Assembly: GCA_009914755.4 (NCBI GenBank) | Contig: CP068257.2 | Span: 13,440,001 to 13,504,000, forward strand | Direction of reading: 5' to 3' | Origin: the human T2T-CHM13v2.0 reference genome, Homo sapiens | DNA: 64,000 nt | In this document: piece after piece, positions 1-13,200 of the stretch | Position numbering within the stretch: the first letter of the stretch is position 1 | How the letters are laid out: each line of letters begins with the position of its first letter | Notes under the pieces: generated by a model | The model's input: only the letters and a program-made list of their open reading frames with translations | Told to the model about the DNA's origin: nothing | Databases searched by the model: none | Translations under genes and position numbers: made by a program

Positions 1-2448
1 TCTGCTGGGATATGCTGCCACTTCTCTAAGATAATAGGGATCCTGTAAAGTCTGGGAAAGATTCTGGGTAGTACCTCTGCTGGGCACTGACATAATTAGG
101 CATTTATGTGCTGCTCAAACTGAATGGTCTCAGTCAGCTGCAGTATGGCCTGGCTGGAGAGAAGGTTGCCAGGTCAGAGGAGCTTTTAAAGAGGTGTCTG
201 TTCTACTGAGCCCTGCTGGTTTGTGTGATCTGGTATCTTCTTGGTGCTGACTGCTCAGGACTGAGACCTTCTGCAGGTTGAAGCATTTGAAGAACATAGT
301 CCATTTCACCTATGTATTCTGGTTGGTTTGGCTCTCCTAGTCTGCAGTGTTTAGATGCCTTGTCATCACTTGCCTGAAGACCTGACTGAAATTTGGAATC
401 GATTGCCAGAATTGTCTATTCCTTGAGCAGTATTGATTTCAAGTGAAACAAAGTTTCTAGAGATATGGGCATGGAGATTTTGTTTGCTAGGATGCTCTTT
501 AAGTATCAGCTTCAATGGTGATATCAACATAAGAATCAGAATTTTCAACTGTTAGGATGCTATAGGTTCATTCATGGACCAGATTACTCATTTTAATTCC
601 TGAGATCTTTACTGGGGTGGTCAGAGTGAAAAAGTACGGCATGAACCACTGTACGCAGAAAATCATAGAAATTGTTAAACATCCTTGATCATCCTTCCTT
701 TCCATGATACTTGTGTTTCTAGAAATTGCACCTCAAAACTTAGTATGTTTTATTGGCATTAGTGCAGAGATTGTATATTCATATTATGTTTAGAACTGTC
801 CTGATGTTTAGAATTGACGAAATGAGCTCATGTGTATCAAGAAGATGTCAACATTTATGATTCTGTTTGGTTCAGAATCTGTAGAATCACCTCTTGGGAC
901 ACTTAATGGAATTATAGTGCATTCAAAAGTTTGGAAAACTGTTGTCAATTTGCCGTGCTCTCATATCAAATGTTTAGCCTGCAAAGACTCAAAAGTCAGA
1001 TGGAGTCAGATGATCCCAACCTCTATAAAGATAATCCTGGTATAGGTGACGATCCTCAAAAGAGGATCTCATAATGGTTTGGCAGACATGGAAAACAAAC
1101 AGATTTTTCCGCTCTTTTTCAAAAGGGGTACCATGGGGCCTAATGAGTTTTCAATACAGAATATGTCTCTATATAATCTTGAGTACCTAGAAAGTGAAGA
1201 TACTTGCTGAACAGGCACTTGTATATGGGCAAAAGAACCTGCACAGAGTTGTCCTGATTCCCAGTTTGTGTTACCAGGTTTTCCACCTTGGAGTCCCCAA
1301 GATATTGCCTATCACATGGGAATGGATTGGTTTTGGAGCAGTTGCTAGGTCTACTGGATCAGTGTTTGGCAAAAGCAGTTATCTGATGCCTTTCAATCTA
1401 TCAAGGATCAGAATAGGATGCAACTCCACTCCACCTTTAATTCCATAGGGTGCAGAACATTTGCCTCCCCCCACCACACCCCCATCCAGAATATAAACAA
1501 AGCCTAGCCTGCTCTCTTCTTCAGCGGGCTGGGTGGCTGTTAGATTGGGCCCCTGCATACAAAGATGCCCATGATCATAGTTTTACCCCTTCTACCTTAG
1601 ACATTGCATGCAGCCAGCACTCTTTAACCTTTCAATTTTGTTATCTAGAGCCACAGTCCTTAGGTACCAGGCATAAAGACTGGCTATGACCTCAGGTATC
1701 TTGGAAGGCTGGGGAGAGGGTAGGTCAGCAATGTTCAGTGGTTGTGGACAGAATGGGTGATGATGCTCACACAGGATTGGCAGAGATGTTTAATCCAATT
1801 GTTAATTTAAGTATTATTTATGTCAACAACGGGTTGCTAGGTAAGCATTCGGTACAAGTTCTTCAACCATTTCAGGAGATAATACCACTCAGAGTAAATT
1901 GCATTTAAGGACAAAAGAGCAGGTCAACAGACCCCCTGAATTATATATTTTAATCTGAGCTCAAACTGGAAGCAAAAAATCATCTGTAAGTACAAGTGTT
2001 TATTTTCATAAATGTATTTTTTCATAAAACACATTAGTAGCTAAAAGCTAACAGTTTACTTATAAAGCTATTAAAAGTTAAATAACTTTTCTAAGAAAAT
2101 TAGTGCATCAGAAATAGACCTGAAACTAAACCCCCAAATATCCAATATTGAGTCTTTTACCTGGCTAGATTATTGACCATCATACAGCTTAAATTTATCT
2201 TATTGATCGAGTAAGATAAAAGGAGATGAAATTTCCTGGAAAAAGGATGACTATTTCTTTAGTATCAATATTTTTATTTGACATCTGTCAAGTCAAACCC
2301 ATACTTGTTTTTAGTCATTCTAAGTTATTAAAAACTATTGTTTTATGCTATCATTTTGGAAGGCAAAACCATCGATCTTTCTGGAAAAATTACAATTAGG
2401 CATGTTTGATCACCCTTTTCCATGACCCAGCTCTATCCATCTTGGAGG

Positions 2449-2469
2449 TAAAAAAAAAAAAAAAAAAAA
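2449..2469. repeat. poly(A) mononucleotide run (~21 bp)
   Basis: Uninterrupted A run read directly in the sequence. Confidence 0.9.
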
Positions 2470-4178
2470 GCTATAGAAAAGATGTAGGTCATTATTAAGA
2501 AAAATGGTTCTTCAAAGCTCTATTGATTGCCAAAAAAACTATTACTGTGAAAAGAGAAATCTTCAACTACTCCTAAAATAATTGGCTGGACATATGTTAT
2601 ATGTGACCCAATGGCACAAAAAAGAATTTCATTTAATCAACAAAATAGATCTTTCACATAAAAGTTGGCCTCTCATAATGACATACAATAATCACCAATT
2701 TTATAGTGGGCTCCAATATTAAAGAAGCCCTTCTGAAAGCAATTGACTTTAAAGTGGTCTCTGTTTTAACATCATGAGATTCACCTACTGTCCAAACTAA
2801 ATTGTCTCGGTCAGTTGCACTGTGGACTGGGTGGCCAGAAAGTCCCCAGGTTAGAAGATCTTTCAGAGAGGTGTCTATTCCAATAAGCCCTGTTGGTTTA
2901 TGTGATTGTGGCATCTGCTTGGTGCCGAGTGCCCAGGATTTCATATGCAAATTGAACAAAATAGATAGCCACCCACAATTTTTTAAATGGATTTTTTTTT
3001 TTTTTAAAGAGTAGATTGGGATTTAGAAATTATTGGCCACAATCTGAGAAGGCCACTTTTTTTACCCTGGGTTTTTTAATCTAGAAAAATGAGGAGGGAA
3101 TTGAATTAATAATGTCTAATTCCTTTCTTACCTCTAAGATGCTGTGATTTTGTTAATGCATATTAATGCTTGTTAATATGTTACTGATGACAATAGTTCA
3201 TGTGTGTTCATCTGTTGAGGCATTTTCTTTCTCATCCAAGGTGAGATAACTTTTATCATGACTTTCAGCCTGTTTCATTTTATGAATAACTATTTTGACT
3301 CAGTTTTGGCTAATGTAATCTTTCACTTAAAGTTGGCAGAAATGAAAATTTTGTGAACAAAAATTATTTCAATGTCAATAAAAGTAAAATAATGTAGGGC
3401 AATAGTTTTTCCCTTATTTACAAGAAATTTTTGAAGACATGGCATTTGTGACCCAGCTGAGAATTCTCCTGGTTTATGTAGTGAGGGAGGGAAGAGAGGA
3501 GAGATGCTATTTGCTCGGAAGTAATTAGCAATCTGCAACCACTCATCAGTGAAGAAATGAAACTAAAGCCACCTGTCAAAATTAGAACTATAAAAATACA
3601 TTAACTACCACAAAGTATTATAAACAAATAGCCAGTTTAAAATAAAGTAGTTGCTATATTGAAAAATCAGGATTGTCTATTATTGTTCCCAAGCATATTT
3701 AAATAGGTATTACACAAGTATTCCCTTGATTTTCTCATTATCTTCACCCTGAAATTGATTCTGTGTCTATAGGTGGCTACTGGTTCAATTACTTTTAGTC
3801 AAATCTCTTTTTATGCCATCTTGATCATTCAGTCATGACCAGCTAATCACATTGGTAACTTATTCAACATGAATGACTCAGTGAAAAGACCACAAAATCT
3901 CAAAGTCAGCTGTTTTCCCCATGGGTCTTCCTTCATATAAACACAGGACAAAGGTACGCTTTACATCCATTCATTTTAAATTACCAAAATGTCTCTGGTT
4001 TTCATGACTGCAGACTATAGAGTACAGATTTCAGGTAAGCTAGTTTTCTCTCAGATTGCCAAAGAAATGCAAAATTGCCTTTACTATTAAATTACATTTA
4101 ACCATTCAATCTATCTGTAACTTCATTTCTTTCTTACATACACATGTTTAAAGTTATTTAAAGTAATATCTGCACAAC

Positions 4179-4519
4179 TGATATGGTTTGGCTGTGTCCT
4201 CACCCAAATCTCATCTTGAATTGTAGTTCCCATAATCCTCACGTGTCATGGTTTCGCCCATGCTGTTCTCATGATAGTGAGTGAGTTCTCACGAGATCTG
4301 ATGGCTTTATAAGTGTCTGGCATTTCCCATGCTGGCACGCACTCTCTCCTGTCACCTTGAGAAGAAGGTTCCTGCTTCTGCTTTGCCTTCCGCCATGATT
4401 GTAAGTTTTCTGAGGCCTCCCCAGCCATGCAGAACAGTGAGTAAATTAAATCTCTTTTCTTTATAAATTACTCAGTCTCAGGTATTCCTTTATTGCAGCA
4501 TGAGAACAGACTAATACAA
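4179..4519 (+). mobile_element. MaLR solo LTR (THE1/MST-like) with an internal deletion
   Basis: Starts TGATATGGTTTGGCTGTGTCC..CCCAAATCTCATCTTGAATTGTAG..CCCATAAT. It then runs through ..GCTGTTCTCATGATAGTGAGTGAGTTCTCACGAGATCTGATGG..CCGCCATGATTGTAAG..CCCCAGCCATGCAGAAC and ends ..GACTAATACAA. This matches the remembered THE1/MST consensus from start to end. Confidence 0.7.
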
Positions 4520-4640
4520 CAACTGTATACAAATTTTGGGAAAAATTAAAAAAAAACAAAATTTACATGTAATCATAAAATAACCATTAATATTTTACTT
4601 TGTTTTTTATCCTAACCTTTTTCTAACACATAAACATATT

Positions 4641-4952
<312 letters not shown>

Positions 4953-5619
4953 CTATCGCATTTCTCTATGCATGTTTATCTGTTTGCACACATGGATATG
5001 TATGTGCATGTATATGCATTGTATTACGAATATAGTTTATTATTTTTCTTTTACTCCTTTAAAAAAATTTCAATACAGTGTCATGGGCGTGTCCCTATAT
5101 TTATTAAGTAGTCTTCAAAAATCTAATTATATAGTCTGTAATATCATCAAAGTATTCACGATATTTTTAACGTATTTATTATCGAATATTAGCATTTCCA
5201 TTTAGAATTCACATCATTTTTGAAGACTGCTCCAGAGTTACATATCTGATAATTCTGCAGCCATAACCAAATATTTACATCCTAATCTTCATATTTATTA
5301 TATTTAATGGCTCTATTGTCTCCTTAATTGTAGTCATCTGGCCAGGACCAGAGTGAGAGGACTTTCTAATGTCATTTCATTTTGATGACTCTATATATCA
5401 GTAAGAAAACAACTCTTCTTTCCAAGCAAAACGTTCTTTTCTCTTTAGTGCCCAACAAAGAATCTTCAATCTGCGTATACTATACAAGAGAGAAGTAAGT
5501 GGATTGACCCATAAAAGGAAAAAAGAATTAGCATTTTCCTTTACTGTTACCTGGTTTATAGAACATTAAAACATCTGCCAAAGGCTATGATAGTTTAGTC
5601 TATTTTAATATGGAAGCAG

Positions 5620-5641
5620 TATATATATATATATATATATG
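5620..5641. repeat. (TA)n dinucleotide microsatellite
   Basis: gtatatatatatatatatatat read directly. Confidence 0.9.
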
Positions 5642-5995
5642 GTTTTGTCTTTTTCTGCATTAGAAAAATGAAATGTGGTGGTTCTTTTCTGGGACTGTTG
5701 TTGGAAGTTTAATCCCTCCCTCCCCTCAAGAGAAGGAAAACGCAATTTCTCAGTTTCTTATGATCTGGTATCAAGTTTAATGAATCATCAGGTTACATTA
5801 CACAAGGGTTGGGAAGACATGGGAAGATGGGAGTTTTACACACCATTGGAAGAATATAAATTGGTACAACAGCTTTGGAAGTTAATGATGTCTATTCAAG
5901 TTAAAGGTATACATTCTTTATAACCATCAATCCTATTCTCAGTCAGGTACAAAAGGAGCCAAATATATTAATGGTGTTCATCTCAGCATTGTATA

Positions 5996-6112
5996 ATAAA
6001 TAATAGCAAATAATAAAAAAATTATTGCAAATAATAAATAAGAAATACAATAAAAATAGCAAATAACAAATAACAAAAAATTGAAAAAATAGCAAAAAAT
6101 AAATAATAGCAA
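5996..6112. repeat. A-rich low-complexity tract with reiterated AATAGCAAATAA-like units
   Basis: atagcaaa occurs at least five times within a run of aata/aaaa sequence. Confidence 0.7.
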
Positions 6113-6149
6113 AATTTGGAGAACCTAAGTAACTACAAATGAGAGAATA

Positions 6150-6600
6150 GACTAATTATGATGTGTTTGTATAATAGAATTCCATACAGCAGTTACAAGG
6201 TATAAACTAGATGTGTAGGCAACAATATGGACAAAACTAAAAAGTCATGATGAATGATAACGGTAAATTGCAGAAGTATATATGCACAATGATTCCATTC
6301 ATGTAATGTTTAAAAACAATATCACTTCTGGATTATGGTTATCCCTGAGGAGGTGGGGAGGGAAGCACAGAGGGATGGGAATAGAATGAGGGATGATATA
6401 AAGAGGTGTCAATAATATCTCTAACATTCTAGTTCTTAGAAAGAATACAATTTCAGAAGCACATTTGGCAAAATACTAACATTTGTTATATCTGGGTGGT
6501 GGGTAAACAAATATGTGTTATATTCATCTCTGTAGTTTTCTGTATGTTTGAAATGTTTTATGATTTTAAAATGCTTAAATATTATTTAAAAGTTCTACTG
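6150..6600 (+). mobile_element. Old L1 (L1M-like) 3'-end fragment
   Basis: ..gattccattcatgtaatgtttaaaaacaat..tggttatccctgaggaggtggggagggaag..gggatgggaatagaatgagggatg resembles the L1M 3' end (..atgattccatttatat..gtggttgccaggggctggggggagggg..). Confidence 0.4.
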
Positions 6601-6879
6601 TAAATGTCAGGGAGAAGAGCTTAAGCATTTGTTTTGGGGTGCCAGGGGGGAAGGTAGGAAGGTGGAAATTGAGAAAACTTGGGAAATGGTGGGGAAAAGC
6701 TTTACTGTCTGTCACAGGAAATTGGCATCTCTTCAGGAATGGAGAGTACGTATGTACTGACACTTTCATTTGTCAAAAGCCAGGTGTGAATGGCACGGAC
6801 TTTGCTTAGTCTTTGTCTGTCTGACTATGCCAGGTGGACATCTCCCATAGTGCCCCAGGATGGCCAGAAATAGAAAGGC

Positions 6880-7648
<769 letters not shown>

Positions 7649-7900
7649 ACTAGAAGGCATAATATTGAAACATATTTATTTACACGAGGAAAATATTCAC
7701 GATATATTTTGTTCAAGAAAAAAATCACAATACAAAATGGAATATACATAACAATGAAAATTTAACAAAATATATTTGCATATTTATATGTACAAATGAC
7801 AGAGGAAATATTTCAAAAAGTTATTACCTTATGATTTTTATTTATTTTTCATTTATTTATATTTTGCATGTGTCCTATAATAAACATGTTTTAATAAAAA
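7649..7900 (+). mobile_element. Possible continuation of the L1 3' end, to an AATAAA plus A-run at about 7875-7900
   Basis: AT-rich sequence ends in aataaacatgttttaataaaaaaa. The similarity is weak and I did not align it. Confidence 0.25.
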
Positions 7901-8334
7901 AATTCAGAAGACAATTGGACACTAAAATAATAAACATTTTGTAGTCCTCCATTCACTTTCATAACAGACATTTTATGTAGAAAGAGAATTGGTCTGGGAG
8001 TCCAAATACGAGATCTTTTCTTTCTTATAACATTTGCTTTGTATGTCTCTCTGGTCCCAAAACTTGTCATCTGTAAAACTGAGCCATAATACATACCCTA
8101 CCTAGTGAGTTAATATGCTGGATTAGCAATCAGCATATGAAGGCCTTTGAAATCTGCGCTTATTTCTTGTTTTAGGCTTGCTCTCCTTCAAATCCCTCCA
8201 TTGCAGCCCAGTGGGCTGCCTTTTCCATGAACTTCATTCACCTATTCCTTTTCCTGCAACCCTCTTCCAACTATGTAAAAAGCACAGTCTCCTCTTTCAC
8301 AGCACTCGCCTCTGGTATTGCAATATATTTTTCC

Positions 8335-8455
8335 CATCACATCCACTAGACTGTGAACTCTTGAGGTTGTTTATGTTTTATTCTCCTTTATCCCATTAGT
8401 GCCTAGCACAATTCCTGACACATCATCAGTAAATATTTGTTGAGTGCATAAGTAA
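8335..8455 (+). mobile_element. MIR-like SINE 3' fragment
   Basis: tagactgtgaactcttgaggttg..cctagcacaattcctgacacatcatcagtaaatatttgttgagtgcataagtaaa resembles the MIR/MIRb tail (agactgtaagctccttgagggcaggg..cctagcacagtgcctggcacatagtaggcgctcaataaatatttgttgaatgaatgaa). Confidence 0.5.
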
Positions 8456-9627
8456 AAGAGAATATGTATTGTAAAAGCAATTTGCAAACTGCAAAGTGCT
8501 GTAAAGTAAGCATTCCTTATTTCATACGTGCAAAGATCTCAACATTAAGCATGTATTAGCAATGCAATGCAATATGTAGGAATTGAGTAACAAACTCAAG
8601 ATTATCATGAGCATTTGTAAATTTGTAAATTTGACTAAATCTTCTGGAGGTGTTTAAATGAACAGGAAATTTTCCTAGGCTACACTACAAGGAAAAGTCA
8701 AAAAAACAATATTTTTCAGATATGGTTAAAAAGAAACCCACTAGGATCCAATATGAATAGCATATAATATGAAGTATTTAGATAGAGATGAGCAATATCA
8801 ATACTACTTAGTGAGAAAGGCTTAGCTGGCACCACCGTCATGATATCATGGTTGTTAAGCATCCTCACAGTACAGGAGTACAGATTATAGGAAGCCACAG
8901 AATAGGGTCATTGGTGCCAGTCTACTGTTATGAAAGCTAATATAACATGGGGATATACTACTAAGCATAACATCCTGCAGTGGCCAGCAAACCATCTAGA
9001 AGCTAAAACTAAGCCAGGTCCACAGAAGGCTTTGTCCCATTTGGGGCTCTATATTTTTTAAGTGATTTGGAAAGTTGGAAATGAACCAGGGAAGAGCAAC
9101 AAAAATAATTAGCGTTGGCAAATGGACCTATGGGGAACAAAAGGGAAAAGAACTTGGAATTATTTGAGCTGAAGAAGAAATTGCTGCAGGGTGACCTCAT
9201 AATCACTTTCAACGGATAAAAGGGTATCATAAGGATAATAGGTGCTGGGGTTTGAGGGAGCCGATTCATTATTTCTCTCCTGACTTCTGGTTTCCAAATT
9301 TCTAGAACCAAATTCAAAACAGGTCAAAGCAACCAGGTGAGAAATCAAGGATATAATCAACTTTCCTTCCCCAAAGAGTCATGGTTTCTATGTCAGAGGG
9401 TACAACTTGGGCCTGAGATCCAAGTAAGGTTTCCTGTTACTTTGCTTATTTCCTTTTCTCCACTCACAGCTCTGCTTCTGCTACTCTACTCCACAGATCT
9501 TAATACAGGACCCAATCAAGGAGAGAGCTGGGTCTAGCAGGTGAGATGCTTACCCACTGGCCCGTGCATGCTTGTAGTCTGCCTCACATGTGGTTCAAGG
9601 AATAGAGAGAACCAAGAGAGCAGCTCA

Positions 9628-9741
9628 GGAACAAGCAGTGATTTTGCCCCAGTCTTAACAATAAGGAAAGTAGTGACAAAGACAGAGAGAGATAAGAAGT
9701 GAGCTTCTTCCACAGCAGAGGAGCTCAGCTGTTTTGCTATC
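9628..9741 (+). repeat. Copy A of a ~113-bp locally duplicated segment
   Basis: ggaacaagcagtgattttgccccagtcttaacaataaggaaagtagtgacaaagacagagagagataagaagtgagcttcttccacagcagaggagctcagctgttttgct recurs at 11533-11650 with roughly 90% identity. Confidence 0.85.
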
Positions 9742-11500
9742 TACAGAAATAATAGGCAGCTGTGTAACAAGCATCACACTCCCTCCAAAACAACAGGATC
9801 CGGGGGATCTCCATTTTCTCAGTCATAAACCAGTTTTCCAAAAGGAAGATTTCTCTTGAAAACAAAACTAATGCTGAATGTTTCTGAGAGAATGACATAG
9901 CTCTCCGAAGGACAATTTAAAATTTCCTGCGGAGAGTTCTGGCAATTACAATCATAGGACCAACATTGTTCAAAGTGGTTCCATGGAATGTTAACAGGGA
10001 TCACATGGAAAATAGGGTTCTGCGGTCAAATCCTTTTGTGAAACACGAGGTTAAACCAAGTTAAATCATTTTCTATACTAAAGGTCATAATAAAACTTTA
10101 AATATTATAATATTTATTGTGAAGCTCCATGTTTTCCAGAATCTTTCTTCTTTTTGGCAGAGTATCTCATTTGGCTTGTGTTTCGTAAAATATACTTTGG
10201 AAAAATGTAGCCTTAGATGGTTTCATTCACTTAACATGGAGACAGAAAAGTTGGATCTCATCTACAAGCCTCTTCTAGCTCTACTATTTCACTACTAAGT
10301 TTGGTGCAGTGACTCATTAGAAACTGTAATCACCACGTTTCACCAAGCTTAAACCTCCAAGTGATTGGTGCAACTTTTTTAATGGGAATGAGACTTGGAC
10401 TCAGCAGACTACATCTCACTGGGAGACAATACAGCCTTGTATTAACAGCTTATACTGACGAAACCATGAAAAAACACAATCACATTTATTTACAATTTTT
10501 AAATTTGTTTATCTGTACTTAGCAGCAACATGGTTGTTTCTCGGAAGGTCAGAGTAGGGTGCTCATGAACTTAAGTTTAATATTGGGCATTGTTACTTTA
10601 TTTTTGGCCATTTACGATTGTACTATGCCTTTACTTAGGAGGGGCACACAGCAAGAGTGTGGACAGAACACAGGAAACTCATGGTTGCTTGTGCGTAACA
10701 AATAACATTATGGCTTTTCTTATAGTAACATCACACCACGCTAGAGAAGAAAAAAGATTATCTCTCAGAAGAAAAGGATATCATTAACCCAAAAGGGCCT
10801 GTGGTATCTTCTGTTTTGTGTTAAATAAAAGCCTTATGTCAATTTTCAGATTCTGAAAATGTTCCCTTTAAAGTTTTCTGTTCTTATGGATAATAATGAA
10901 GTGGCATCTGAAACAACATACTCCATTCAGTTCGGTGCTTTGGCAGGAAGTAGCTGAAAGAAATTGCTTCCATAGGCAGAGAAACCTGCTGAGGCTGCAG
11001 GACAATTGTGGAAGGAGGACTCTCTCAGCTGCTTTAAGGGTTTTGCAGCTTGGTTGGTTAGTCCAGAAGATGGTAATTAAAAGATCCCTTCAAGGGAAAG
11101 AATAGCTTCAAGAAAAGCAAGATTCATGAGTAAATTAGGAGAGCTTCAGGATTCAGGTGCCACATGCTGTATGTAGCTAGGAGTGCAGGCTCTTCTGTGA
11201 CTCAGGCATACCTGAGTGCTTCAGAGGCAAACCAGTCTCATTTTATTTCTGGTGCAGAACTCCAAGTTTCTTAAAAGTTACTCCACTGTCAGCGTATGTG
11301 TGTACCACCTTTTGCAAGAGAGCATGGAGAAAGAGAGAGCGTATTGTATTTCCAGCTCTGATGTACTTGTCTTAGCTATATTGTTTTAAATCTGGCATTT
11401 AGACTGAATATTTATCAGCCACGTTGTTAGTTATGTCAGTAAGAGAGTGGGTATGAAGCCCATCTTGAATGAAATGATGAGAATGAGGCATCTGACGGAT

Positions 11501-11532
11501 AAATGAAAATTCAAGTGTGATTATAGGCACAG
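11501..11532 (+). repeat. 32-bp direct repeat, copy 1, flanking the inserted segment
   Basis: aaatgaaaattcaagtgtgattataggcacag is identical to 11662-11693. Confidence 0.9.
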
Positions 11533-11650
11533 GAACAAGCAGTGGTTTTGCCCCAATCTTAACAATAAGAAAAGTAGTAACAAAGACAAAGAGAGAGAGA
11601 TAAGAAGTGAGCTTCTTCCCCAGAAGAGGAGCTCAACTGTTTTGCTGTTG
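11533..11650 (+). repeat. Copy B of the ~113-bp duplicated segment, inserted between the 32-bp direct repeats
   Basis: gaacaagcagtggttttgccccaatcttaacaataagaaaagtagtaacaaagacaaagagagagagataagaagtgagcttcttccccagaagaggagctcaactgttttgct. Confidence 0.85.
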
Positions 11651-11661
11651 ATAATGAAATT

Positions 11662-11747
11662 AAATGAAAATTCAAGTGTGATTATAGGCACAGATTGTCA
11701 TTTATTTCACAGATAAACAAAAATTCAAGTATGATTATAGGCCCAGG
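11662..11747 (+). repeat. 32-bp direct repeat, copy 2 (11662-11693), plus a degenerate third copy (11717-11747)
   Basis: aaatgaaaattcaagtgtgattataggcacag is followed 23 bp later by aacaaaaattcaagtatgattataggcccag. Confidence 0.85.
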
Positions 11748-12780
11748 TAAAGGCTGGCCACACATTGCTAGGAGCTGAGATAGCCAGATCTGTGATCTGA
11801 AGTTTGCCAGTACAGAGCTAAATATACACATATTTCTCTTGCCCGTATAACCCTCAAGCCTTCACCTACTTTGCTGAGAAACTTAATACTTTCAAACAAA
11901 GCTATAGACCTGAAGCATAACCCATGTCTACACAAATACTAAACTTTCTACAGAACTAGAATTCATCTAGTTACCAATGACCTGGAATAAATGAAAAGAA
12001 CTGGGTCATGCAATGTCTTCTACACAGTCTATTTGCAACAAACTGACAGTACCGAAGACCACCAGGCTGGGAATGGATCAAGGAAATATTCACCGCTTAT
12101 TCTAGGACTTCGAGGAAAGAAATTATTTTTCTGTTGTACTACAAATACATAGTCAGATAAATAAGAAATATAATGTTAAAAACAGCAAATAATCCTTTAC
12201 TTCCCAAAAGCGTTGTAATCTATTCATGACTACTGGTACAGAGCAAGTCTCCACAGCCAAGGGAAGCGAAAATCATTTTCACCCAAACAAGCTGTCCCAA
12301 TAGGAGGGTTTGCAGGGCCCTCAGTGAACGAATAAACGTAGTTGAAAAGACAGCAATTGGCCAATGGTGCCATGTGTAAGGAGTGATGAGAACACAAGAT
12401 AACATCAAGAAAGACAAACATAGGAATCACAGTATCCTTCAGGCTCATCAAATAACCATCACTGTGGGTCTTAATGGTAATGTAAAATTAAGGTGGCCCA
12501 GAGAAAACTATGTAAAGGAAATGAGTAGGCATTTTACAGATTAGAAAATCTAAATGACCAACAAATTTGGGAAAATATATTTCATGAACCAAATTAGTAG
12601 TAAGGGAGATAACATCATCAAATTATAAAAACAAATGGTTTACGGCCAGTTGCCAGTTGGGTTGTGGGAAAAAGGACACCCTTAGACATTGCTGTAGACA
12701 TGTGAACTGCTTCGGTTATCTTGGGAAACACTTTGGCACTATCAATTCACATCAAACATATTTGTTTTTAGACCTACGTG

Positions 12781-12868
12781 TATGAACTTCTCACTCAGTA
12801 ATCCTACTTTGAGACACTTTGCTGTATGAACTTCTTACTCAATAATCCTACTTTGAGACAGTTTGCTA
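12781..12868 (+). repeat. Tandem duplication of a 44-bp unit (2 copies, about 40/44 identical)
   Basis: tatgaacttctcactcagtaatcctactttgagacactttgctg followed by tatgaacttcttactcaataatcctactttgagacagtttgcta. It lies immediately upstream of the Alu at 12884. Confidence 0.9.
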
Positions 12869-12883
12869 TAAAAATGAAAGCAC

Positions 12884-13200
12884 TGGCCAGGAGTAGTGGC
12901 TGATGCCTGTAATCCCAGCACTTTGGGAGGCCGAGGCGAGATCGCTTGAGCCAGGAGTTCGAGACCAGCCTGGCCAATATGGCAAAACCCCGTCTATACT
13001 AATAATACAAAAATTAGCTGGGTGTGGTGCTGCCAGCCTGTAATCCCAGCTACTTGGGAGGCTGCAGGGGGACATCACTTGAACCAGGGAGGTAGAGGTT
13101 GCAGTGAGTCGAGATTGTGCCACTGCACTGCAGCCTGAGCGACAACGTGAAATTGTGTCTCAAAATAAATAAATAAATACAATAAAATAAAAATGAAATG
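12884..13200 (+). mobile_element. Alu (AluS-like) with an AAAT-rich tail
   Basis: GGCCAGGAGTAGTGGCTGATGCCTGTAATCCCAGCACTTTGGGAGGCCGAGGCGAGATCGCTTGAGCCAGGAGTTCGAGACCAGCCTGGCCAATATGGCAAAACCCCGTCT...GTGTCTCAAAATAAATAAATAAATACAATAAAATAAAAATG. Confidence 0.9.

Noticed and set aside
10890-11110. GT donor-like motif (agaagatg|gtaatt) and a 69-aa ORF, possibly an exon
   Set aside because: It is a single weak splice-like motif with no paired acceptor or polypyrimidine tract and no coding signature. It is indistinguishable from chance.
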